NCBI GenBank assembly: GCA_023396225.1
Contig: JAEWWT010000027.1
Span: forward strand, 156,202-180,201
Direction: 5' to 3'
Length of the DNA stretch: 24,000 bases
Source of the DNA: Bacillota bacterium
GTDB lineage: Bacteria > Bacillota > Clostridia > Oscillospirales > Ruminococcaceae
Made by a program: the position numbers and the translations under genes. Positions 12,731 to 20,680 of this stretch are shown here, in pieces; within the stretch, counting starts at the first letter, position 1, and each line of letters starts with the position of its first letter. The notes beneath the pieces are model-generated. The model searched no databases. It was not told the DNA's origin and saw nothing but the letters and a program-made list of their open reading frames with translations.

Positions 12731-13105
12731 GTGGATATTGAAAAGGATCTGCAGATCTCTGTGCTTCTTGATTTTTATTCTGAAATGCTGACAGACAAGC
12801 AGAAGGATGTTATTGACTTGTATTACAATGAGGACTTGTCACTTTCCGAGATTGCAGAGCATGAAAATATTACAAGGCAAGGCGTCCGTGACAGTATAAA
12901 GCGTGGGGAACAAACCTTGTTTGATATGGAGAATAAACTCCATATTGCTGAAAAAGCAAAGAAATTCTACAAGATTATTGAAGAAGTCGGGGAGTTTGCT
13001 GCCGGTATCAAGGAGGAAGGTTCGCTGTACGGAAATCCAAAGGGAATCGTAAAGCGTGCCGAGTATCTTATGAAACTTGCAGAGGAAAACAAGGATCTTT
13101 TTTGA
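12731..13105 (+). CDS. ylxM: YlxM/UPF0122 putative DNA-binding protein (SRP-operon associated)
   Basis: GTG start with GGAGGTG 5 nt upstream. 'LLDFYSEMLTDKQKDVIDLYYNEDLSLSEIAEHENITRQGVRDSIKR' is typical of the family. The gene sits directly upstream of ffh. Confidence 0.85.
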   Translation: MDIEKDLQISVLLDFYSEMLTDKQKDVIDLYYNEDLSLSEIAEHENITRQGVRDSIKRGEQTLFDMENKLHIAEKAKKFYKIIEEVGEFAAGIKEEGSLYGNPKGIVKRAEYLMKLAEENKDLF

Positions 13106-13143
13106 TAATGTGACGATATTAATTCATAAAAAGGGTGGTTGCT

Positions 13144-14517
13144 GTGGCTTTTGAAGGATTATCCGAAAAACTGAATGCTGTGTTCAAGCGCCTCAAAGGC
13201 AGAGGTAAACTCAGCGAAGCCGATGTAAAAGAGGCAATGAGGGAAGTAAGGCTTGCCCTTCTTGAAGCTGACGTAAACTATAAGGTTGCAAAGCAGTTTG
13301 TTGCAAGTGTTTCTGAAAGAGCTGTTGGTGAAGAGGTGCTTTCAAGCCTGACACCCGGACAGCAGGTTATCAAGATTGTTAACGAGGGGCTTGTTTCGCT
13401 CATGGGCGGACACAACTCCAAAATAAATATACCTAACAAGCCGCCATGTATTATCATGATGTGCGGACTTCAGGGATCTGGTAAGACTACCCATGCCGCA
13501 AAGCTTGCAAAGTTCTTTAAGGATCAGGGAAAAAGGCCATTGCTTGTTGCCTGTGACGTTTATCGTCCTGCTGCTATCAATCAGCTTCAGGTCGTAGCGG
13601 AAAAGGCAGGAGTAAAAGTATTTGAAATGGGACAGATTAATCCTGTTACCATTGCAAAGGAAGCTGTTAGGCATGCCAAGGATTACGGAAATGATATTGT
13701 AATCCTCGATACAGCTGGTCGTCTTCATATTGATGAAGACCTCATGAATGAGCTGAAAATGATTAAGGCTGAAACTCAGCCACATGAAATTATGCTTGTT
13801 GTCGATGCTATGACAGGTCAGGACTCCGTTAATGTTGCTCAGGCGTTTGATGACGCTCTCGGCATTGACAGTGTTCTTATGTCAAAGCTTGATTCAGATA
13901 CAAGAGGCGGTGCGGCTTTGTCCGTACTTTCCGTTACAGGTAAACCTATCAAGTTCGTCGGAATGGGTGAAAAGCTTGATGATTTTGAGCAGTTCCATCC
14001 TGAAAGAATGGCTTCAAGAATTCTAGGAATGGGTGATGTTCTTACTCTTATTGAGAAGGCACAGACAACTTTTGATGAGGATAACTCAAAGAAACTTGCA
14101 GAAAAACTCAAGGGTAACTCCTTTGACCTTGACGATTTGCTTGCCCAGATGAAGCAGATTCAGAAAATGGGTCCGCTAAAGCAGATTATGGGTATGCTCC
14201 CTGGCGTTGGCGATAAAATAAAAGATGTTGATGTTGACGATAATCAGCTCAAGAGGATTGAAGCGATAATTACTTCTATGACACCGTCAGAAAGAGCGAA
14301 GCCTTCAATTGTAAATCCGCAGAGAAAACGCCGTATTGCCGCAGGAAGCGGAAATACCGTTGCAGATGTAAACAGACTGCTCAAGCAGTTTGAAGAAATG
14401 CAGAAATTAATGAAGCAGTTTGGTGTTATGGGTAAAAACAGCAAGGGTAAGAAAAACAAGCTCAGACTTCCTCCTGGAATGATGGGCGGTGGCGGATTTC
14501 CTGGAATGCCTATGTAA
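13144..14517 (+). CDS. ffh: Signal recognition particle protein Ffh
   Basis: The protein begins 'AFEGLSEKL'. The GTPase motifs are 'GLQGSGKTT', 'DTAGR' and 'SKLDSDTRGG'. The M-domain has a Met/Gly-rich tail. The GTG at 13144 gives the canonical N-terminus (ORF-track start 13135). Confidence 0.95.
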   Translation: MAFEGLSEKLNAVFKRLKGRGKLSEADVKEAMREVRLALLEADVNYKVAKQFVASVSERAVGEEVLSSLTPGQQVIKIVNEGLVSLMGGHNSKINIPNKPPCIIMMCGLQGSGKTTHAAKLAKFFKDQGKRPLLVACDVYRPAAINQLQVVAEKAGVKVFEMGQINPVTIAKEAVRHAKDYGNDIVILDTAGRLHIDEDLMNELKMIKAETQPHEIMLVVDAMTGQDSVNVAQAFDDALGIDSVLMSKLDSDTRGGAALSVLSVTGKPIKFVGMGEKLDDFEQFHPERMASRILGMGDVLTLIEKAQTTFDEDNSKKLAEKLKGNSFDLDDLLAQMKQIQKMGPLKQIMGMLPGVGDKIKDVDVDDNQLKRIEAIITSMTPSERAKPSIVNPQRKRRIAAGSGNTVADVNRLLKQFEEMQKLMKQFGVMGKNSKGKKNKLRLPPGMMGGGGFPGMPM

Positions 14518-14556
14518 TCAGGCAGAGTGGAAGTAATTTAATAGAAAAGGTGACAA

Positions 14557-14769
14557 ATGGATCTTTCTCATAATAACACTATTTTATGGTCTGTAGTTTT
14601 TATTTTGGTAGGTGTTTTGCACTTGTCATCAACATTGCTACAGGTGATAAAAGGCGAAAGACATAAGAAGACTCGTTCATACCTTTATGATATAATAGTC
14701 AGTTTGATACTGATACTGTGTGGGATTCTGGCTTTAATGGGAATAGGAAGTTTTGTTCCTGCTGATTAA
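14557..14769 (+). CDS. Small two-TM membrane protein, unknown function
   Basis: The 70-aa ORF is preceded by AAGGTGA and has two hydrophobic helices separated by 'KGERHKKTRS'. Confidence 0.55.
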   Translation: MDLSHNNTILWSVVFILVGVLHLSSTLLQVIKGERHKKTRSYLYDIIVSLILILCGILALMGIGSFVPAD

Positions 14770-14808
14770 TTATAATAGAGGAGGTACACTTCTTAACGAA
14801 GTAACATC

Positions 14809-15030
14809 ATGGAAACACGTAGCTTAATTTTAATTATACTTTCTATTTTAGCAGGAGCATTTTCGCTGTTGGGTGCAATATTTGATTGGGACTTTTTCTT
14901 TAATAGCTATAAAGCAAGAAGAATGGTGAATTTAATTGGAAGAACCGCTGCAAGAATTTTTTATGCAATTGTCGGTATATTTCTAATTGGTCTTGGCATT
15001 TGTGTTGCTTTGAGTATAATACAATATTAG
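14809..15030 (+). CDS. Small two-TM membrane protein, possibly Imm17-like
   Basis: The 73-aa ORF contains 'GAIFDWDFFFNSYKARRMVNLIGRTAARIFYAIVG', which resembles my recollection of the Imm17 immunity-protein pattern. The SD is weak or distant. Confidence 0.5.
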   Translation: METRSLILIILSILAGAFSLLGAIFDWDFFFNSYKARRMVNLIGRTAARIFYAIVGIFLIGLGICVALSIIQY

Positions 15031-15118
15031 CAGTTAGCGTTAGCGTCAATATTTAACGCTTGTTAAGAATTAACGCTTAACGTTAATATATAAAGTAATT
15101 ATTCGGAGGTGAATATAC

Positions 15119-15361
15119 ATGGCAGTTAAAATCAGACTCAGAAGAATGGGTGCAAAGAAGGCTCCTTTCTATCGTATAGTTGTTGCTGATTCAAGATATC
15201 CTAGAAACGGCAGATTTATCGAAGAAATCGGCTACTATGATTCCACAAAGGAACCATCAGTTGTAAGCATCGATGCTGAAAAGGCTAAGAAGTGGATGGC
15301 TAACGGCGCTCAGCCAACAGACACAGTTAAGAGACTTTTTGACAAGAATGGCGTTAAGTAA
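15119..15361 (+). CDS. rpsP: 30S ribosomal protein S16
   Basis: '[41 protein letters not shown]'. GGAGGTG serves as the RBS. Confidence 0.97.
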   Translation: MAVKIRLRRMGAKKAPFYRIVVADSRYPRNGRFIEEIGYYDSTKEPSVVSIDAEKAKKWMANGAQPTDTVKRLFDKNGVK

Positions 15362-15417
15362 TTTTTTAACCCCTTCATCTTATGAGGACACCTTTTATAG
15401 GTGTCCGTATCAGGTGA

Positions 15418-15525
15418 AAAGTTTGAAAGATAAATCTTTCAAACTCTGAGTTTTGTGCTTTTCAAATTTACACAAAACATCGTTTCCGCAAAAGTATGGT
15501 CATAAATATGAAATTAAGTAAATAA
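15418..15525 (+). repeat. Leader-module copy C (shortened) with a 9-codon mini-ORF
   Basis: The palindrome lies at 15420-15445. The stem is GTTTTGTG (15450-15457) with CACAAAAC (15471-15478). Then ATGGTCATAAATATGAAATTAAGTAAATAA (15496-15525) encodes MVINMKLSK*. Confidence 0.8.
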
Positions 15526-15605
15526 ACAACAAAGCAAAGCTACTTGATCCGTTTCCAGATAAGGCTTTGCTATTTTCATAATAACGGAATGGAGTTGTGA
15601 GATAA

Positions 15606-15839
15606 ATGGAAGATCTTTTAAAGACTATCGTATCCGGTCTTGTAGAGGATAAGGATGCTATTTCTGTTGATATCAGCGAACCTGACGCAGAGGGCGTAAT
15701 TGTTTATCATCTTCATGTTGCACAGGATGATATGGGACGTGTAATCGGCAAGCAGGGAAGGATTGCTAAGGCAATCAGAACTGTTATGCGTGCAGGAGCA
15801 GGTAGAGTAAACCAGAAAATAATGGTTGAAATAGACTAA
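15606..15839 (+). CDS. KH-domain RNA-binding protein (YlqC/UPF0109 family)
   Basis: 'DDMGRVIGKQGRIAKAIRTVMRA' contains the GxxG KH motif. The position after rpsP is the conserved one. Confidence 0.9.
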   Translation: MEDLLKTIVSGLVEDKDAISVDISEPDAEGVIVYHLHVAQDDMGRVIGKQGRIAKAIRTVMRAGAGRVNQKIMVEID

Positions 15840-15847
15840 ATAATTTA

Positions 15848-15875
15848 AAACCCGCTTTTGCGGGTTTTGTGGTTT
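15848..15875 (+). terminator. Rho-independent terminator inside the rpsP-trmD gene string
   Basis: AACCCGC-TTTT-GCGGGTT, followed by TTGTGGTTT. Confidence 0.7.
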
Positions 15876-15897
15876 ATTGACGGGAGGGTATGACGGA

Positions 15898-16779
15898 ATG
15901 AGCAAATTTCAGGGTGTAACTGCACCTTATGAAACAGCACCGGATCTCAGAAGAATATATAATGTTTATGAGAAAAGGGCAGACTATTCGTTAAGTAAAA
16001 TTAGATTAACAAATTCATTGCTCATAAGCATGACAATTACAGTATTTATTACGTTCGTATTATTGTTAACGTTTAGAGATGCTTATATATTTTTAATTTC
16101 TGTAGCTGTTTTGTTTGCGGCTGGATTTGTTATCACCAATACCATCTTAAGATTGGATGGCTATGAAATTAAAAAAATAGAACGTGATGAGGGCTATTCG
16201 CCATGTTTTCTTCAGCTCATGAATCAGAAGATCAGCACCCATCACTACCCTATTAATATAATTGAGAAGGGCATTTTCAATAATATAAACGGAAACTATG
16301 ACCTGACTATAACGCAGTATAAAAATATTGTTCCATATACAATTCTGAATAATCCGCTTGCTCTGACAACTTTTTATCCTGTTTGCCTTGAAGCACTTTG
16401 CATGACGGGCGATGTGGCAATGGCAAAACAGATATATGAGCAGGGATTATATTTCATGCTCACATATATGGATAGTCCTGTCAATGGATATACAATCTGC
16501 AGAGCAATTGCAATATATGAATATACAATGGGCAATTATCAGGCAAGTCTTGAATGCTGTGACAACGCAATAATGTTGCTAAGTGAGGACAAAAACCAAA
16601 AGGATGCGCCTATACATCAAAGATTAAGTGCGCATATTAAATATATAGTTGCGCTCAATTATGCAGAGCAGGGACGCAAGCAGGAGGCTTTGCAAATCCT
16701 CAACAAAATAAGAATGGGGCTTGTTATTCCTTATACACTTGAACTTGTAAACAAGCTTCAGAATGAATTGATCAAATAG
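15898..16779 (+). CDS. Hypothetical membrane protein with C-terminal TPR-like helical repeats
   Basis: GGGAGGG lies 9 nt before the ATG at 15898. Two TM helices are present (LLISMTITVFITFVLLL and IFLISVAVLFAAGFVI). The C-terminal 'YEYTMGNYQASLECCDNAI...ALNYAEQGRKQEALQILNKI' looks TPR-like. Codon usage is AT-rich, unlike the neighbouring genes. Confidence 0.6.
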   Translation: MSKFQGVTAPYETAPDLRRIYNVYEKRADYSLSKIRLTNSLLISMTITVFITFVLLLTFRDAYIFLISVAVLFAAGFVITNTILRLDGYEIKKIERDEGYSPCFLQLMNQKISTHHYPINIIEKGIFNNINGNYDLTITQYKNIVPYTILNNPLALTTFYPVCLEALCMTGDVAMAKQIYEQGLYFMLTYMDSPVNGYTICRAIAIYEYTMGNYQASLECCDNAIMLLSEDKNQKDAPIHQRLSAHIKYIVALNYAEQGRKQEALQILNKIRMGLVIPYTLELVNKLQNELIK

Positions 16780-16849
16780 GACAGATATTTGCTAAAGCAT
16801 TTAGCTATATATATTTCAATATTTTCTACGGAAAGGAAAGTAAAAATTG

Positions 16850-17362
16850 ATGAAACAATTTCTGGAGGTTGGGAGAATAGTTGCGGTTCAGGGACTGAAG
16901 GGCGAGTTCAGGGTTGAATCCTGGAGTAGCAGCCTTGAATTTATCTGCGACTTTGACAGACTTTATTTGGATAAGGGTGAAAAAGAAGTTACTGTTGAAC
17001 TTGCAAGACCTCATAAAAATGTTGTTGTTATGAAAATAAAGGGTATTGATACTGTTGAACAGGCTCAGATGCTTAGAAATAAAATCCTCTACATGAACAG
17101 GGATGATGTAGAACTTGAAGAAGGATGTTTCTTCATTCAGGACCTTATCGGACTTGACGTTGTTGATGCTGATGACGGAACTGTTTACGGGAAGCTTTGC
17201 GATGTCAGCTTTACAGGCGCAAATGATGTATATCACATCAAAAGACCTGACGGAAAGGGTGAGTGGCTTATTCCTGCTATTCCTGATGTCGTTGCTGAAA
17301 CAGATATTGAAGGCGGAAAGATGACCATTCACAAGATGGAGGGGCTTTTCGATGAGGATTGA
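16850..17362 (+). CDS. rimM: 16S rRNA processing protein RimM
   Basis: 'VGRIVAVQGLKGEFRV' marks the N-terminal domain and a PRC-barrel-like C-terminus follows. The gene overlaps the trmD start. Confidence 0.9.
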   Translation: MKQFLEVGRIVAVQGLKGEFRVESWSSSLEFICDFDRLYLDKGEKEVTVELARPHKNVVVMKIKGIDTVEQAQMLRNKILYMNRDDVELEEGCFFIQDLIGLDVVDADDGTVYGKLCDVSFTGANDVYHIKRPDGKGEWLIPAIPDVVAETDIEGGKMTIHKMEGLFDED

Positions 17363-18068
17363 CGTTGCAACCCTCTTCCCTGAAATGTGCGAAACAGTTT
17401 TATCTGAAAGCATTATCGGCAGGGCAAGAAAAGCTGAAAAGCTAGAGATATATTGCCATCAGATAAGAGATTATTCAAATGACAAGCACCGCCGTGTTGA
17501 TGACACACCATACGGCGGAGGAATGGGCATGGTAATGCAGGCAGAGCCTATTTACAGATGTTTTATGGGCGTTACTGAGAACTTTGAAGAAAAACCTTAT
17601 GTAATTTATATGTCACCAAAGGGAACAGTTTTTAATCAGAAAAAGGCAGTTGAGCTTGCATCTATGCAGAATATTTTTGTCATTTGCGGGCATTATGAAG
17701 GTGTAGATCAGAGAGTTATTGACAAAATTGTTGATGAAGAGGTTTCTATCGGTGATTATGTACTGACAGGTGGTGAACTTCCAGCACTTGTTATGATAGA
17801 TGCTGTTGCGAGAATGTGCGATGGAGTGCTGTCATCATCAGAATGTTACGAAGAGGAAAGTCACTTTTCAGGAATGCTTGAGTATCCGCATTATACTCGT
17901 CCGGAAGTGTGGGAGGGGATGGAAGTCCCACCGGTTTTGCTTACGGGACATCACAAGAATATTGCTGAATTCCGTCGTAATGAGGCTCTGAAAATAACAC
18001 AGGAAAGACGGCCGGATATGTACAAATCTTTGCCCGAAACATATATTATTAATAAAGGTAAGCGTTAA
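17352..18068 (+). CDS. trmD: tRNA (guanine37-N1)-methyltransferase TrmD
   Basis: 'MRIDVATLFPEM', 'DDTPYGGGMGMVM', 'ICGHYEGVDQRV' and 'SIGDYVLTGGELPA' are all present. Confidence 0.95.
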   Translation: MRIDVATLFPEMCETVLSESIIGRARKAEKLEIYCHQIRDYSNDKHRRVDDTPYGGGMGMVMQAEPIYRCFMGVTENFEEKPYVIYMSPKGTVFNQKKAVELASMQNIFVICGHYEGVDQRVIDKIVDEEVSIGDYVLTGGELPALVMIDAVARMCDGVLSSSECYEEESHFSGMLEYPHYTRPEVWEGMEVPPVLLTGHHKNIAEFRRNEALKITQERRPDMYKSLPETYIINKGKR

Positions 18069-18240
18069 ATTGCTATTAGTGTTGAAAATTTATGTCTTAA
18101 TTGCATATAAAAAGATGTTGAAACTTAGTAATACATTATAATTGTGGTGATAATACACAAAGATAAAGGACAATAGTTAAGCCCGCTTAATTCAAATAGC
18201 AGAAAATTTGCTGAAAGTGCGAGAATAGTCAATTTTTACG

Positions 18241-18269
18241 TTGACTATACAAAAAATGCAATGTATAAT
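18241..18269 (+). promoter_or_regulatory. Sigma-70 promoter of the HPr gene
   Basis: TTGACT (18241-18246), a 17-nt spacer, then TATAAT (18264-18269). Confidence 0.6.
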
Positions 18270-18336
18270 TATGTTATAGAAACGTACAGCATTATTAATT
18301 GTAATATATAAGATGTCAGTTAGGAGAGAGAGTATT

Positions 18337-18609
18337 ATGTTCGTTAAAGATGTAATGGTTCAGAATCAGGTTGGTTTGCATGCACGTCCTGCTACATTCT
18401 TCATTCAGAAAGCAAACGAGTTCAAATCATCGATCTGGATTGAAAAGGAAGAAAGACGTGTAAATGCAAAGAGTCTTCTCGGTATCCTTTCCCTTGGTAT
18501 TGTTGGGGGAACACAGATCAGAATTATTGCTGACGGTTCAGATGAGGAAACTGCAGTTTCAGGTCTTGTTGATCTAGTAGAAAGCGGATTTGCTGAAGAA
18601 ACCAGATAG
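18337..18609 (+). CDS. ptsH: HPr-family phosphocarrier protein
   Basis: AGGAGAG serves as the RBS. With the start at 18337, the 'GLHARPA' His is residue 15 and the 'NAKSLLG' Ser is residue 46, the canonical HPr positions. Confidence 0.9.
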   Translation: MFVKDVMVQNQVGLHARPATFFIQKANEFKSSIWIEKEERRVNAKSLLGILSLGIVGGTQIRIIADGSDEETAVSGLVDLVESGFAEETR

Positions 18610-18626
18610 TTTTCATATATTTAACC

Positions 18627-18658
18627 AGCACTGTAGATATTACAGTGCTTTTTTTTTA
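18627..18658 (+). terminator. Rho-independent terminator
   Basis: AGCACTGTA-GATAT-TACAGTGCT, followed by a T-run of about 10. Confidence 0.85.
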
Positions 18659-18833
18659 TAAAACACAGCATAATGCACAAGTATTAACAATTTGTTCACA
18701 CAAATTGATTAAGCTTGTGATAAAATAAGTGTATTAATAATATGACAACTTATGGTGTTTTTTAGCGTTGTTAAAAAGAGAATATAATAGAAGCAGTAAG
18801 TGGTAATTGTATTTACGGCTTATTATCGAAAGG

Positions 18834-19931
18834 ATGGCTAAACAAATGTCAAACAGACTGTTTCAAGGGTTAATCCATCAGATGCGTGATACTATGGATT
18901 GTGTGATAGGGGTTGTCGATTCGTCGGCTACAATTATCGCCTGCAGTGAACTTTCTAAAATTGGCACCACAAATGAATTTGTGTCCCTTGATCTTAGTGA
19001 TTCGCATGATGTTTTTGTTCGTGACGGGTATACATACAAGCCGTTCGGCGCTCATATAAAGCCTGATTATGCTGTGTTTGTTCAGGGAACAGATGAAAAT
19101 GCCGCTAAATATGTAAATATTATGGCAATTACACTTTCTTCAATTAAGCAATATTATGATGAAAAGTATGACAGAAACAACTTTGTAAAGAATGTTGTTC
19201 TTGATAACGTCCTTCCTGGTGATGTTGTTGTCAAGGCAAGAGAACTTCATTTTAACAATGATGTTACAAGGGTTGTTCTTCTTATAAGAATTGTATCCTC
19301 GAACGATGTTTCTGCTTATGATGTTATTCAGAATCTTTTCCCTGATAAGACAAAGGATTTTGTATTCACTATTACTGAAACTGATATAGTTCTTGTAAAG
19401 GAAACTAAGGCAGGCGTTGAATCCAAGGATCTTGAAAAGCTTGCACGTTCAATTTCCGATACACTTTCAAGTGAATTCTATACAAGAGTAAACGTCGGAA
19501 TAGGCACATCCGTAATGGGGGTTAAGGATCTTGCCCGTTCCTTTAAGGAAGCTCAGATTGCTCTTGAAGTAGGAAAGGTATTTGATACTGATAAGATTAT
19601 CGTTTCTTACGATAACCTCGGTATTGCAAGACTTATCTACCATCTCCCGACAACTCTTTGTGAAACATTCCTTCAGGAAGTTTTCAAGAGAGGTTCAATT
19701 GAATCTCTTGACCACGAAACATTGTTTACTATCCAGAGATTCTTTGAAAACAATCTCAACGTTTCAGAAACTTCAAGAAAGCTTTTTGTTCACAGAAATA
19801 CACTTGTATACAGACTTGAGAAAATCAAGAAGCTTACAGGACTTGACCTGAGAGAGTTTGACCATGCTATCATCTTCAAAATTGCACTTATGGTTAAGAA
19901 ATATCTGTCAGCAAATCCAGTTAAGTTCTGA
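18834..19931 (+). CDS. PucR/CdaR-family transcriptional regulator
   Basis: The C-terminal HTH 'ETSRKLFVHRNTLVYRLEKIKKLTGLDLREFDHAI' is typical of the PucR C-terminal domain. The start is uncertain (18807, 18834 or 18846). Confidence 0.75.
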   Translation: MAKQMSNRLFQGLIHQMRDTMDCVIGVVDSSATIIACSELSKIGTTNEFVSLDLSDSHDVFVRDGYTYKPFGAHIKPDYAVFVQGTDENAAKYVNIMAITLSSIKQYYDEKYDRNNFVKNVVLDNVLPGDVVVKARELHFNNDVTRVVLLIRIVSSNDVSAYDVIQNLFPDKTKDFVFTITETDIVLVKETKAGVESKDLEKLARSISDTLSSEFYTRVNVGIGTSVMGVKDLARSFKEAQIALEVGKVFDTDKIIVSYDNLGIARLIYHLPTTLCETFLQEVFKRGSIESLDHETLFTIQRFFENNLNVSETSRKLFVHRNTLVYRLEKIKKLTGLDLREFDHAIIFKIALMVKKYLSANPVKF

Positions 19932-19961
19932 TTTTTATAAATTTAAAATATTGGACAATAG

Positions 19962-19990
19962 GGGCAGAGATTTATTTTTCTGCCCTTTTG
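19962..19990 (+). terminator. Rho-independent terminator
   Basis: GGGCAGA pairs with TCTGCCC, followed by TTTTG. Confidence 0.65.
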
Positions 19991-20003
19991 TTAAGTTTAG
20001 GCG

Positions 20004-20678
20004 GTGCTGAATTTGGTCGAATTAAAGAATGTGTCCGTTACATATGCAAACGGCGTTGACGCTTTGAACAATGTCAGTCTTAAAATAAATGACGGAGATT
20101 TTGTGTTTGTTGTTGGTGAATCGGGGGCAGGGAAAAGTACGCTCATTAAGCTTTTGCTTAAGGAAATAGAGCCAAACAGCGGGCATATAATGGTTAACGG
20201 GTTTAACCTAAACAAGATTAGAATTAGTAAGGCACATAAATTAAGACGTACTATTGGCTTTGTATTTCAGGATTTCAAGCTTATAAATACAATGAATGTT
20301 TATGATAATGTTGCGTTTGTTCTGAGAAGTATTGACGCTCCTTTAAATTACATAAGAAACCGTGTGCCATATGTTATTAGTCTTGTAGGTCTTAAAGACA
20401 AGATAAAGTCATATCCGACAGAGCTTTCAGGCGGTGAGCAGCAGAGAGTTGCCCTTGCAAGAGCGCTTGTAAATGACCCAAAGCTTATTATCGCAGATGA
20501 GCCGACAGGTAACCTTGACCCAAGGACATCCCTTGAAATCGTTGAATTGCTCCAGGCTATCAATCAGTGCGGGACTACTGTTATGATGGTAACGCATGAG
20601 CATGAGCTTGTAAGGCATTTTGGAGGAAGAACCGTTACAATCAAGAACGGGGAAATTGTATTTGATGACTACATTTAA
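20004..20678 (+). CDS. ftsE: Cell-division ABC ATPase FtsE
   Basis: Walker A is 'GESGAGKST', the signature is 'LSGGEQQR' and Walker B is 'LIIADEPT'. The gene is followed directly by ftsX. Confidence 0.9.
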   Translation: MLNLVELKNVSVTYANGVDALNNVSLKINDGDFVFVVGESGAGKSTLIKLLLKEIEPNSGHIMVNGFNLNKIRISKAHKLRRTIGFVFQDFKLINTMNVYDNVAFVLRSIDAPLNYIRNRVPYVISLVGLKDKIKSYPTELSGGEQQRVALARALVNDPKLIIADEPTGNLDPRTSLEIVELLQAINQCGTTVMMVTHEHELVRHFGGRTVTIKNGEIVFDDYI

Positions 20679-20680
20679 CT

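Noticed and set aside
13342-14459. Antisense ORFs within ffh (13342-13785, 13839-14111, 14244-14459) and + ORF 13832-14026
   Set aside because: ffh is unambiguous in its own frame, so these are chance open frames.
15386-15406. Hairpin GGACACC-TTTTATA-GGTGTCC after rpsP as a terminator
   Set aside because: It has no downstream T-run (GTATCAGG follows). It is kept only as context for leader copy C.
15618-17413. Antisense ORFs 15618-15905 and 16826-17413, and + ORF 17115-17324
   Set aside because: They lie opposite or out of frame to the KH-protein, rimM and trmD genes, which have clear family signatures.
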